A program made the translations under genes and the position numbers. Under the pieces are notes generated by a model. That model worked only from the letters and a program-made list of their open reading frames with translations, was not told the origin of the DNA and ran no database searches. Shown piece after piece: positions 21,791 through 29,865 of a DNA stretch of 31,976 nt; position 1 is the stretch's first letter, and each line of letters begins with the position of its first letter. Source of the DNA: a virus; UHGV virus genome UHGV-0322013; one strand, given 5' to 3'.

Positions 21791-21828
21791 GGCAAAACGG
21801 CAGGAGGTTGTTAGCGCAACCTCCTGCC
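21791..21828 (-). terminator. Perfect 12-bp GC-rich palindrome (GGCAGGAGGTTG / CAACCTCCTGCC) with a short U-tract on the minus strand, between pR' and S
   Basis: Read directly; followed on the minus strand by GTTTTGCC. Confidence 0.5.
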
Positions 21829-21963
21829 ACCCGCTTTCACGAAGCCAGCCATTGCGCTGGTTTTCTTTTATGCAAAGCACACCGCACCGTAGCCACAGCG
21901 GATAAGGTGATTATTTTTGTCTGTCTGGTATTTGGTTTGATGTGCTTTCAGAAAGGCCGTGCT

Positions 21964-22000
21964 TAAAACGCAAAAAGCCCCGAGCTATTAACTCAGGGCT
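21964..22000 (-). terminator. tR'-like terminator ending a short pR' leader RNA (about 65 nt)
   Basis: Minus strand AGCCCTGAG-TTAATAG-CTCGGGGCT (9-bp stem with one G-U pair) followed by TTTTTGCGTTTT. Confidence 0.65.
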
Positions 22001-22029
22001 TTATTTAACGAGTGCATTTATCCATCGTT

Positions 22030-22064
22030 GGGTCAAATTTACCCAACTTTATTCAAAAAGTCAA
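22030..22064 (-). promoter_or_regulatory. Late promoter pR' with overlapping qut region
   Basis: Minus strand TTGACT, 17 bp, TAAATT, just downstream of the Q stop; matches the lambda pR' arrangement as recalled. Confidence 0.7.
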
Positions 22065-22106
22065 TATTATGCCGTTAATATGTTGCCATCCGTGGCAATC
22101 ATGCTG

Positions 22107-22730
22107 CTAACGTGTGACCGCATTCAAAATGTTGTCTGCGATTGACTCTTCTTTGTGGCATTGCACCACCAGAGCGTCATACAGCGGCTTAACAGTGCGT
22201 GACCAGGTGGGTTGGGTAAGGTTTGGGATTAGCATCGTTACAGCGCGATATGCGGCGCTTGCTGGCATCCTGGAATAGCCGACGCCTTTGCATCTTCCGC
22301 ACTCTTTCTCGACAACTCTCCCCCACTGCTCTGTTTTGGCAATATCAACCGCACGGCCTGTACCGTGGCAATCTCTGCATCTTGCGCCCGGCGTCGCGGC
22401 ACTACGGCAATAATCCGCATAAGCGAATGTTGCGAGCACTTGCAGTACCTTTGCCTTAGTATTTCCTTCAAGTTTTGCAACGCCACGGTATTTCCCCGAT
22501 ACCTTGTGTGCAAATTGCATCAGATAGTTGATAGCCTTTTGTTTGTCGTTCTGGCTGAGCTCATGCTTACCGCAGAATGCAGCCATTCCGAATCCGGCTT
22601 GTGATTGCGCCATCCCCATAGCAGCCATCACATCAGTACCGGAAAGAGAGTCAGAAGCCGTAGCCCGTGGTGAGTCGCTCATCATCGGGCTTTTTGGCGA
22701 ATGAAATTTAGCTACGCTTTCGAGTCTCAT
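22107..22730 (-). CDS. Q: Late antiterminator Q (lambda Q)
   Basis: 207 aa beginning MRLESVAKFHSPKSPMMSDSPRATASDSLSGTDVMAAMGMAQSQAGFGMAAFCG, essentially identical to lambda Q as recalled; zinc-binding CRDCHGTG...CGRCKGVG. Confidence 0.95.
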   Translation of the reverse strand: MRLESVAKFHSPKSPMMSDSPRATASDSLSGTDVMAAMGMAQSQAGFGMAAFCGKHELSQNDKQKAINYLMQFAHKVSGKYRGVAKLEGNTKAKVLQVLATFAYADYCRSAATPGARCRDCHGTGRAVDIAKTEQWGRVVEKECGRCKGVGYSRMPASAAYRAVTMLIPNLTQPTWSRTVKPLYDALVVQCHKEESIADNILNAVTR

Positions 22731-22915
22731 GGCCTTCCCCTTTTGCCCTGTTTGACCATCAGGACGCCGTTAACTATTACGTGACGCTCGCCTTTGCTGT
22801 CTCGGTTGTACTTGAGCACTGTTCCTCTTGCGCAGGAAAGCATCCTTGCCACTTCGGTCTGATTGCCTCGTGTCTGGATAAGAAGCTCTGGTATCGTTTG
22901 AATTGTGGCGTTCAT
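22727..22915 (-). CDS. ninH: NinH-like protein
   Basis: 62 aa; core KTIPELLIQTRGNQTEVARMLSCARGTVLKY...VNGVLMV resembles lambda NinH; position immediately upstream of Q. Confidence 0.7.
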   Translation of the reverse strand: MNATIQTIPELLIQTRGNQTEVARMLSCARGTVLKYNRDSKGERHVIVNGVLMVKQGKRGRP

Positions 22916-23274
22916 ACGTTCTCCAGTTCGGTGATTTTTATTCCAAGCCGTCCGCCTGGTACTTTCACACCACGAATTACGCGAATGTCATCGAATTGCT
23001 CGTCGTCTTCCGCAAATCCGGCGTGGATAAGGGAGTCGAGTAAACCTTTCAGGATGTTGTCGAGGTCGCGGCGGCGGGAATCTGGAACGTCTGCGATGAC
23101 TTTGATGCGGAGTCGTGATTTGGTGAAAATGTCTAACTTGAGTTGGCGAATGATTTGCTGAACGTCTTTTCGGTATTTCTGGCCTTTATCGCTGATGTAG
23201 TATTGGCTTTCCCGTCTTCGCCAGTAGGTGTTCAGCGACGGTGGGTACGGAAGTGTGAATCTGTATTCTGCCAT
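22912..23274 (-). CDS. rusA: Holliday junction resolvase RusA
   Basis: 120 aa; motifs TLPYPPSLNTYWR and PDSRRRDLDNILKGLLDSL...GGRL match the RusA family. Confidence 0.85.
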   Translation of the reverse strand: MAEYRFTLPYPPSLNTYWRRRESQYYISDKGQKYRKDVQQIIRQLKLDIFTKSRLRIKVIADVPDSRRRDLDNILKGLLDSLIHAGFAEDDEQFDDIRVIRGVKVPGGRLGIKITELENV

Positions 23275-23799
23275 TTATCCTCTCCCATGATTATGGTGAT
23301 ACCCCAATCGTGATTCCGCCAATTTTCTGGCATTAACGGCTAGAGATATGTCATCGTATAATCCAAGAAATATCTTTTTATTATCACTGTTTATATATGC
23401 GCCCCACTTTTTATTCTTCTTATAGTAGGCAACCCCCATTACTCCAGAGCGATTATTAATAGGCTTTTTTCTGTTCCTTGAATTCTGTTTATCATCTACA
23501 ACGCGCAAATTGCATATTCTGTTATCGCTTTTAACTCCATTTATGTGGTCAATTTCCCCATCAGGTTCACTTCCATAAAAGGATATCCATGCGATTCTAT
23601 GAGCTCGACAAACTTTTTTACTTACAGATATACGAACGTATCCTTTTTCATCTATAGAACCAGCAATCTTACCGGCATATGTTGAATTCCAGCACTCTCT
23701 TACACTTTCTCTTCTCTTGTATATAAACAAACCTGTTTCGCTATTATATTCATACAATTCATTGATTTCTTTTTGTGTTGGATATCTTTTACCGTTCAT
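23275..23799 (-). CDS. Free-standing HNH homing endonuclease with AP2-type DNA-binding region (paralog of 13632..14153)
   Basis: 174 aa; HNH core EIDHINGVKSDNRICNLRVV...NSRNR then SGVMGVAYY...KKWGA; AT-rich; start overlaps the ybcO stop (ATGA) and its stop abuts the rusA start. Confidence 0.85.
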   Translation of the reverse strand: MNGKRYPTQKEINELYEYNSETGLFIYKRRESVRECWNSTYAGKIAGSIDEKGYVRISVSKKVCRAHRIAWISFYGSEPDGEIDHINGVKSDNRICNLRVVDDKQNSRNRKKPINNRSGVMGVAYYKKNKKWGAYINSDNKKIFLGLYDDISLAVNARKLAESRLGYHHNHGRG

Positions 23800-24086
23800 G
23801 ACTTAATCTTCCCCTCCTTCAGCAGTATCGCCTGCGTCCTGATCACGCCTTCGAGGTGGTAAAGTCTGGCGTCTTTGTTGTCGAGATTATGGGTGCGTCG
23901 GTCGATTTCATCGTGACACGCGCTACAAGCCCATGCACCGATCAGGTCGTCAGGCTTCATTCCCGTTCCGCAAATTCCGGCCATCCGGTAATGTGCCAGA
24001 ACTGTAGTTTCAGGATTACCATTGCATACGCCGTAAATACGTACCTGGCATTCTCTGTTGCGCGCTTCTTTGCGTAGGTTAGCCAT
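23796..24086 (-). CDS. YbcO-like protein (DUF1364; Cys-rich putative nuclease of lambdoid nin regions)
   Basis: 96 aa, MANLRKEARNRECQVRIYGVCNGNPETTVLAHYRMAGICGTGMKPDDLIGAWACSACHDEIDRRTH resembles DLP12 YbcO as recalled. Confidence 0.6.
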   Translation of the reverse strand: MANLRKEARNRECQVRIYGVCNGNPETTVLAHYRMAGICGTGMKPDDLIGAWACSACHDEIDRRTHNLDNKDARLYHLEGVIRTQAILLKEGKIKS

Positions 24087-24808
24087 TAAGCAGCCTCCCC
24101 TGTTACTTTCAGCATTCCGTTATCGAGCAGCTTTCTGGTCAGCCACTGTTGGCCACGCCCGGTGATTTTTGTGGTGAACGATATCTGTATTCCGTGATTT
24201 GTATTGACCGCTGTTTCTTTCACTGTGAAATAGCCGCGATCCATATATTCCTGCATTGGCACATTGCGCCGGGAACCTGAAGCAATAAGGATTTTGTGAT
24301 CGCGCATCCACGCAAACAGTTTGTTTGGACCAATACCGACAACCTTTGCAAAGTTTCCAATCAAAATTCCGCTGGCTTCGCCAACTCGATCGGCAAACTA
24401 AACTTTAGGTGCGGCAATTGCGAGCTGGTTTTCCAGTTGCATTTTCTGCTCAGCAAGATCAGCAGCAAGGCGCAACGCTTCTGGTAGCGTTTTGGGGATA
24501 TTAACCGCAGCTTCTTCAAGCTCTCGCCAGCGGTCAACAAGGCGAGCGGTGAACTCTGGCGACAACTGGGCAACAACAACAATACTATCTCGCTTACCTT
24601 GTTCGCCTTCGAAGACGTAATGCTCGTACTGAACATTGAACCCTAAGTTGATGATTCTTTCGGAAACCTCAATTTGAGGAAGCCGGATAACACCATTTTT
24701 AGCCAGCGTTTCGATGGTACGTTTCACATTGTCATGACGCTTACTAACCAACTCAGCGATTTCAATGCTTGTCATTTTGATGGCATTGCCATTTATTAAC
24801 TCATTCAT
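24086..24808 (-). pseudogene. Antirepressor-like gene (Rha-type N-terminal domain plus KilAC C-terminal domain) interrupted by a single in-frame TAG at 24398-24400
   Basis: Track ORFs 24398..24808 ([33 protein letters not shown]...) and 24086..24364 are in the same frame (start coordinates differ by 444 nt); I read 11 sense codons between the TAG and the annotated TTG. Confidence 0.65.
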
Positions 24809-24971
24809 CGTCTTCTTTCTCGTACATTGAGCTATTCTGATCGCTCATCAGTTCTGCGCAGCAATCGGAGCACACGTGAACTTCCAGCACATGCAGCTTC
24901 TGACCGCAGTTAGCGCACGTTAAAGCCCGCTCGACGCTTTCTTGTTCGTAACTTCGATTTGGGTCAATCAC
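24801..24971 (-). CDS. ninF: NinF-like protein
   Basis: Hand-translated from a GTG with [67 protein letters not shown] (56 aa), closely matching lambda NinF as recalled. Not in the ORF track; coordinates approximate. Confidence 0.65.
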   Translation of the reverse strand: MIDPNRSYEQESVERALTCANCGQKLHVLEVHVCSDCCAELMSDQNSSMYEKEDDE

Positions 24972-25150
24972 CTTGTTTTCCTCGCACGCTCTCTAAGCCA
25001 CCTGATATCCCACAGGTGAGCCGTGTAATTGAAGGTTTTTACGTCAGATTCTTTTGGGATTGGCTTGCGTTTATTTCTGGAGCGTTTCGTTGGAAGGTAT
25101 TTGCAGTTTTCGCAGATGATGTCGGTGATGCTTCGTCGCTGTCGTCTCAT
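24968..25150 (-). CDS. ninE: NinE-like protein
   Basis: Internal ATG of track ORF 24968..25195, overlapping the ninB stop (ATGA): [37 protein letters not shown]... (60 aa); size and position match lambda NinE. Confidence 0.6.
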   Translation of the reverse strand: MRRQRRSITDIICENCKYLPTKRSRNKRKPIPKESDVKTFNYTAHLWDIRWLRERARKTR

Positions 25151-25557
25151 TCGTACCTCCTGTCGGTAAATCTGACACCCTGACCAATAGCCCATGCTGT
25201 CGTGTACTCAATCAGGCTTGCCATGCGCTTCACGCTCATCTGCGCGCTACTTTCGCGAATGTTGACGTATTCGCCTTCAAGCCCGGGCAAAACATCAGCT
25301 TCCTGCTTTGTTGCCACTGCATGACCGCTTATCAACAAAACCTTCCATTGTTCTGGTTTTAACCATTTGCCGCACCATTGAACCTGACTTGCGATATCCG
25401 CCAGCATCGCGTGAAATTTTGCGTTCTGGTCAAGGTTGCGCTTGTAGTCAGTAATGCGGATGGTAACTGGCTTGTCTTTATCGAGTGGTGTTGCGAGGAT
25501 GGCATTTATTGCGGCTTGCTGTTGTTGCTTAGTTCGGAGGAAGATTGTTTGCTTCAT
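25147..25557 (-). CDS. ninB: NinB (Orf-family recombination mediator)
   Basis: 136 aa; [36 protein letters not shown] resembles lambda NinB (RSLDQNRKLWACLGDVSRQVEWHGRWLDAESWKCVF) as recalled. Confidence 0.8.
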   Translation of the reverse strand: MKQTIFLRTKQQQQAAINAILATPLDKDKPVTIRITDYKRNLDQNAKFHAMLADIASQVQWCGKWLKPEQWKVLLISGHAVATKQEADVLPGLEGEYVNIRESSAQMSVKRMASLIEYTTAWAIGQGVRFTDRRYE

Positions 25558-25559
25558 CG

Positions 25560-25913
25560 TTACTCCTTCACTTTGATTCCAGCGGCGCGAAGAACCTCTT
25601 CAATTTCCCATCCAGCATGCACAGGATAGCGGTCTGAACCGTCGCAGCATTTATCCTTTTCGCTATATGACACCGCCACATCATCCCAATAATCGTCAGG
25701 CGCATGACCAGCCTGAATCCATATAAGATGTGCATGAGGCTTTGGTAGCTCAATTTCTATTGCCGCCCTGCTATCTATCCATGCTTGCCATGCATTATGT
25801 AAGTCTGGGTTGTGCAGGTAATCACCCAGCATTCGCTTATTAACAATTTCCTCTACTGAGATATTGAATTGCTTTGATGCCCATTGCTCGAAAGACTTTC
25901 TTGATTCGTCCAT
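25560..25913 (-). CDS. Hypothetical nin-region protein
   Basis: Track ORF 25560..25937 trimmed to the first ATG (MDESRKSFEQWASKQFNISVEEIVNKRMLGDYLHNPDLHNAWQAWIDS...); Trp/Asp-rich. Confidence 0.5.
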   Translation of the reverse strand: MDESRKSFEQWASKQFNISVEEIVNKRMLGDYLHNPDLHNAWQAWIDSRAAIEIELPKPHAHLIWIQAGHAPDDYWDDVAVSYSEKDKCCDGSDRYPVHAGWEIEEVLRAAGIKVKE

Positions 25914-25914
25914 A

Positions 25915-26130
25915 TCAATCCCCGTTAGTCGTTTCACTCACGAATCTGACAAAACCAGCCATGTTAATTTGCATGAGTTTTTTCAACACTTTGTCTCGCC
26001 GGCTACGTTTTGGTTTTGGCCTGTGGTTGAATCTTTCACAAACTGGAAGGCTTGATGATTTCCAGTACCTATTACGCCTTGCTCCATCTTCCGCCATATC
26101 GGCATGAATAAGGTCTGCGAGTGTGCTCAT
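25915..26130 (-). CDS. Hypothetical basic protein
   Basis: Track ORF 25915..26136, ATG start 10 nt after GGAG; lysine/arginine-rich middle (RPKPKRSRRDKVLKK). Confidence 0.4.
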   Translation of the reverse strand: MSTLADLIHADMAEDGARRNRYWKSSSLPVCERFNHRPKPKRSRRDKVLKKLMQINMAGFVRFVSETTNGD

Positions 26131-26144
26131 ATTCACCTCTCCAG

Positions 26145-26327
26145 TTACATTGGTTTTGTAATGTTGCTAGTCATCTTACGAATAAAAAAATGCGTACGTA
26201 GCTTTGCTTCCCACATGTAAATCTCCTCAAGGCGAGATAAATCTACGAATACCGGACCTTTGTAATCTGGTCTTGATGCCCTTATGTATGAGCTAATAGT
26301 TTGTGCATCTTGCTCGTCAAGATTCAT
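26145..26327 (-). CDS. Hypothetical protein (60 aa)
   Basis: Track ORF with RBS GAGGG 6 nt upstream of ATG. Confidence 0.45.
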   Translation of the reverse strand: MNLDEQDAQTISSYIRASRPDYKGPVFVDLSRLEEIYMWEAKLRTHFFIRKMTSNITKPM

Positions 26328-26520
26328 GACTTCCCTCTCTAACAGATTTCAGGTTATTCCACTCCGTTACCGCACTGCGATAATTCGCGGCCGCCACAGC
26401 GGCGTGGTTAGCGCAGTAGATTTGGCACCCGCTCTCCATGTCAAATATTGTCGGTGATTTTCCGCATTTACATTTTTTGGCACGCGGTGCGTCTGAACAC
26501 ATTCCGTTAACGGTGTCCAT
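26317..26520 (-). CDS. Hypothetical Cys-rich protein (possible zinc ribbon)
   Basis: 67 aa, CKCGKSPTIFDMESGCQIYCANH; strong RBS GAGGGGG upstream of ATG; first gene after the post-P terminator. Confidence 0.5.
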   Translation of the reverse strand: MDTVNGMCSDAPRAKKCKCGKSPTIFDMESGCQIYCANHAAVAAANYRSAVTEWNNLKSVREGSHES

Positions 26521-26544
26521 CAGGATCCCCCTCGTTCTTAATCC

Positions 26545-26575
26545 AATAAAAAAGGGCTACTGTGTAAATAGCCCC
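26545..26575 (-). terminator. tR2-like rho-independent terminator between the helicase gene and the nin region
   Basis: Minus strand GGGCTA-TTTACACAG-TAGCCC followed by TTTTTTATT. Confidence 0.5.
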
Positions 26576-26604
26576 TGTTATTAGCTCAGTGATGTAGATG
26601 GTCA

Positions 26605-28041
26605 TCAGAATCCTCCTTTCTTCTTGGACTGCGGTTCCTCACGTTCACGGCGGCGCATTTCAGCAGACTGTTGGTCTGTGTCATAAATAGCGCCATTTGC
26701 CTGAATGCAATACACCGTGCCGGTATTGCCATGACGATTGAGACGAAGGATTAGTTCGGTTTCACCAGGAGGAACGCTGTCATCAAAAGCACCTTCACGA
26801 TGGATCCCGACCCAATAATCGCAATCCTGTTCAATCTGCCCTGTATCTCGTGAGTCACTTGGTAATGGGCGTTTATTGGTTCGGCTTTCCAGTGCGCGGT
26901 TAAGTTGTGTCAGAAGCACAACAACGCAATCAAGCTCTTTGGCAAGGTTCTTCAGTCCTTTGGTGATCATGCCGTAAGCAAGGTCGTTGCGATCGGCCTT
27001 CTCAGCGGTCATTAGTGTCAGGTAATCGACCAGAATCATGCCAACACATCCTTTTTCTCGCTTGATTCGACGGCTTTCGCTGACGATTTGAGCCAGAGAT
27101 AATCCCGGCGTGTCGTCGATGTAAAGCAGGTCGATTTCACTCAAGCGATTGGCTGTTTCGATCGCCCTGTTGAAGTCACCATCGTAATCACCCTGATAGC
27201 CGTCATCAGCGTCATTTGTCGCCGGAAGGTAAAAAATATTCGGGTTAACACCTGACTTCTGTCCCACCAGTTTTTCCAGTATCTGATCACCTGGCATTTC
27301 AAGGCTGAACATCAGAGCGGGCTTTTTCTCATGCACTGCGCAATTGATTGCCATCTGGCTGTATAGCGTCGTTTTCCCCATCTTAGGGCGAGCTCCAATG
27401 ACAAACAGAGAGCCTTTCACCAGACCTTTCGGTGACAGCATCCTGTCCAGCGATGGGATCCCTGTGCTCATTCCCCGTTGTTCGCCTGATGGGTCAAATC
27501 GTTTCTCAAGGTCGCTAACCCAGTCTTCCATGACCTCACCAAATGAGCGAAGGCCGCGACGCGATCCGGTTTTTGCATGGTCTGTCAGTTGCGTGAAAAT
27601 CACCTGAATAGCTTCGTACTTCTGCGTTGCAGTCATTCCGTTGCGTGAATAGAGCAATTCCGTCGCTTCAGTCATGCGGTTGATGGCGTAGCGTTCCATT
27701 GCGGTTTCACGAACCTGCATTGCATAGGCAACGATGTTTGCGGCGCTTGGCGTGTTCTTTGCGATCTCAGCGATATAAGCAAAACCGCCAACAGACGCCG
27801 TTAACGATTTACGCTCCAGTTCATCGAAAAGCGTCAGGCCATCTACTGGCTTTTGCTCCCGGTGCATTCTGGTTATTTCTTCGAAAAGGATTTTGTGTGA
27901 TCTGCTGTAAAATGAATCTGGCTTCAGCATCGCTAGAACTTTCTGGACGCGCTCACTGCTGTCATCATCCAGAAGCAATCCACCAATCACCGCCTGCTCT
28001 GCCTCGATGCTATGGGGCGGCGCATAAAAATTATCGGTCAT
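26605..28041 (-). CDS. Replicative DNA helicase, DnaB family (P22 gene 12 analogue)
   Basis: Track ORF 26605..28056 trimmed to an ATG with GAGGG RBS; DnaB N-terminal motif SIEAEQAVIGGLLLD and Walker A GARPKMGKTT; 478 aa. Confidence 0.9.
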   Translation of the reverse strand: MTDNFYAPPHSIEAEQAVIGGLLLDDDSSERVQKVLAMLKPDSFYSRSHKILFEEITRMHREQKPVDGLTLFDELERKSLTASVGGFAYIAEIAKNTPSAANIVAYAMQVRETAMERYAINRMTEATELLYSRNGMTATQKYEAIQVIFTQLTDHAKTGSRRGLRSFGEVMEDWVSDLEKRFDPSGEQRGMSTGIPSLDRMLSPKGLVKGSLFVIGARPKMGKTTLYSQMAINCAVHEKKPALMFSLEMPGDQILEKLVGQKSGVNPNIFYLPATNDADDGYQGDYDGDFNRAIETANRLSEIDLLYIDDTPGLSLAQIVSESRRIKREKGCVGMILVDYLTLMTAEKADRNDLAYGMITKGLKNLAKELDCVVVLLTQLNRALESRTNKRPLPSDSRDTGQIEQDCDYWVGIHREGAFDDSVPPGETELILRLNRHGNTGTVYCIQANGAIYDTDQQSAEMRRREREEPQSKKKGGF

Positions 28042-28930
28042 CGTGTTCACCCTCACGAACTTTCAGGTAGGTATTGTCGTTAAGCAGGAAATCAAATCCC
28101 TTTTTGTGCCAGACGGTTCCGCGTTGATGGTTTAGGCGTTCTTCGAACATCCATCGGCAATTTTCGCCTACGTAGCTCAAATAATTTCTCCAGTCCTGCA
28201 TCGTGAACCCATGCCCGTCAAGCTGGCGGGTTATCACTCCGGCTTTGCGCCAGAACGTTCGGATCTGGTTTTTACGCTTGTCATTCAGTGCGCGGATTTT
28301 TGGCGCTTCAGGAAGGATTTCGTGGTAAGCATCGACAACATCCTGACAGCTAACGGAAGGTTTTTTCTTGTCAGACTTTTTGTCTGCTGTGGCACTCTCT
28401 AATACGTCAGTATTAGAGATAATATTATTATATTCTTTATCTGTGGTAATTTGCTGGTAATCTGCTGGTACAGTATTGCTTACAGGCATTGGTATTTCTG
28501 GCTTTGAGGTGGTAATTTGCTGGTAATCTGCTGGTACAAAATTTGACTGATAATCGTCATATTTCTCTACCGAGAAAACTGAGAATTTACCGTGTGAAAC
28601 CCAGTCAATCATGCCGAGTTTTTTGAACTTTCTAAGCAGGTACTGAACGCGATCTGGTTTGAGTCCTGTTTCAAACGCCAGAGAGTTTCTACCGCCAAGT
28701 AGCTTCCCTCTGCCTACCAGAATTTCTCCTGCGTCAGTCATTACATACTCAGGCGTATGCTTTGCTTTGAGGATTAAGTGAACCCACAGATGCGCAGCTT
28801 CTGCGTCCTTGTAAAACGGCACATCCATAATTTTACGGTGCAGCAAGGCATACCCCTTACCGCTGCTTTGATGCGGTTGTTGTAGCCTTCTGGCCTCTCT
28901 GGCTTCGGCTAGATTAGATATGTTACTCAT
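28031..28930 (-). CDS. Replication initiation protein (lambda O / P22 gene 18 analogue) containing the origin
   Basis: 299 aa directly upstream of the helicase gene and overlapping its start; AAGGAG RBS; DNA iterons lie inside the coding region (repeated peptide [10 protein letters not shown]). Confidence 0.8.
   Translation of the reverse strand: MSNISNLAEAREARRLQQPHQSSGKGYALLHRKIMDVPFYKDAEAAHLWVHLILKAKHTPEYVMTDAGEILVGRGKLLGGRNSLAFETGLKPDRVQYLLRKFKKLGMIDWVSHGKFSVFSVEKYDDYQSNFVPADYQQITTSKPEIPMPVSNTVPADYQQITTDKEYNNIISNTDVLESATADKKSDKKKPSVSCQDVVDAYHEILPEAPKIRALNDKRKNQIRTFWRKAGVITRQLDGHGFTMQDWRNYLSYVGENCRWMFEERLNHQRGTVWHKKGFDFLLNDNTYLKVREGEHDDR
28410..28538. repeat. Candidate replication origin: two identical 29-bp direct repeats built from TGCTGGTAAT-type iterons, adjacent to an AT-rich stretch, inside the replication initiator gene
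   Basis: TGGTAATTTGCTGGTAATCTGCTGGTACA occurs at about 28444-28472 and 28510-28538; AT-rich run TATTAGAGATAATATTATTATATTCTTTAT at about 28410-28440. Confidence 0.7.
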
Positions 28931-29068
28931 GACCTTTCTCCTTCTGCATCAGCTTCACTTTTTCCAACTCAGCCCGGAATCGACCAGGCTGCTTGAAGCT
29001 GGACAGGAAGCGATCACGTAGTATGTGTTTGTGAATTTTGTCCTGGTAAGGACTGAGTGGTTTTGTCA

Positions 29069-29473
29069 TTAAGCCTCCTCTACTTCGTAATCAGCGAAGT
29101 AACCAGTAGACATTTTTAAAAACCTTGATTCGGTGACTGTGTAAGCCTTCCTTCCTTTCCTCTCCTTGCCTTCAGGCTCTATGAGGTGGCACGAATAAAT
29201 GATTCTGCGCTGCCAGTTGCCTGGCATTTCCACCACTGCCAGAACCTCAAGAATTCTCTTTCCTTCAGCATCAGCGGTGTAAAAACACTGATCACCATAA
29301 CCACAATCGGCTGGCTCATAATTTTTGTGACAACCGCCAATCCAGCGCTCATCGGTATGCACGTTGCCGTCATAAGACTGATAATCTGTGCATACGAAGA
29401 TAAATGGATATACGGTTTCGAACTTGTCACCGGCCTTTATGCCGGTGTTTACTTGCTTGGTTTGTCCTGGCAT
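29069..29473 (-). CDS. Hypothetical Cys/His-rich protein between cII and the replication genes
   Basis: Track ORF 29069..29680 trimmed to the ATG at 29473 with RBS AGGAG ([65 protein letters not shown]...); 134 aa. The longer form would overlap cII. Confidence 0.6.
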   Translation of the reverse strand: MPGQTKQVNTGIKAGDKFETVYPFIFVCTDYQSYDGNVHTDERWIGGCHKNYEPADCGYGDQCFYTADAEGKRILEVLAVVEMPGNWQRRIIYSCHLIEPEGKERKGRKAYTVTESRFLKMSTGYFADYEVEEA

Positions 29474-29482
29474 AATTACTCC

Positions 29483-29546
29483 TGTTACTTGGCGTAACAC
29501 AGTGTGCTTAAGCGTCCAGACTGCTACCAACAGCTGGGCGTTTTTC
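29483..29546 (+). ncRNA. Candidate oop-like antisense RNA overlapping the 3' end of cII
   Basis: Plus-strand promoter-like TTTACT, 17 bp, CATAAT, then a terminator inside the cII 3' end (CGTCCAG...CTGGGCG followed by TTTTTCTTTT). Arrangement mirrors lambda oop; boundaries approximate. Confidence 0.35.
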
Positions 29547-29786
29547 TTTTGTGAGAATCGATGCCACCTGCTGAGCAAGTCTCGCCATCTCATCATCAAC
29601 AACTCCCCATTCAAGAACAGCCAGAAGCATGGCCATCTTTGGGATAAAGCTGTCTTTCCATCGCGAAATTTGCGATTCATTAATCCCTAACGCGTCGGCA
29701 ACCTTTCGCTGACCACGTACAGCAATTCGATTCAGGATGTTGCTTGTAATTGCATTCGCTTTCTTGCGAGTACTTGTAAGTTGCAT
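29508..29786 (-). CDS. cII: Transcriptional activator CII
   Basis: Track ORF 29508..29846 trimmed to the ATG where the upstream DNA matches the lambda cII leader (AAGGAAATACTTACATATG); protein shares ALGINESQISRWK...MLLAVLEWGVVDDEMARLA with lambda CII (92 aa). Confidence 0.9.
   Translation of the reverse strand: MQLTSTRKKANAITSNILNRIAVRGQRKVADALGINESQISRWKDSFIPKMAMLLAVLEWGVVDDEMARLAQQVASILTKEKRPAVGSSLDA
29750..29763 (+). promoter_or_regulatory. CII-binding site of a pRE-like promoter (TTGC-N6-TTGC) inside the 5' end of cII, oriented toward cI
   Basis: Plus strand TTGCTTGTAATTGC. Confidence 0.6.
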
Positions 29787-29865
29787 ATGTAAGTATTTCC
29801 TTAGATAACAATTGATTGAATGTATGCAAATAAATGCATACACCATAGGTGTGGTTTAATTTGAT

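Noticed and set aside
22223-22604. Several 78-91-aa ORFs on both strands inside Q
   Set aside because: Fully contained within the lambda-identical Q coding sequence; alternative-frame artefacts.
28955-29068. Possible 37-aa ORF between the 134-aa protein gene and the replication initiator gene
   Set aside because: ATG overlaps the upstream stop, but the product is low-complexity and the start has no convincing RBS; my base-level reading here was also inconsistent with the ORF track by one nucleotide.
29474-29680. N-terminal extension of the 203-aa track ORF upstream of the ATG at 29473
   Set aside because: Would overlap cII by more than 170 nt in another frame and has no RBS; the internal ATG with AGGAG was used.
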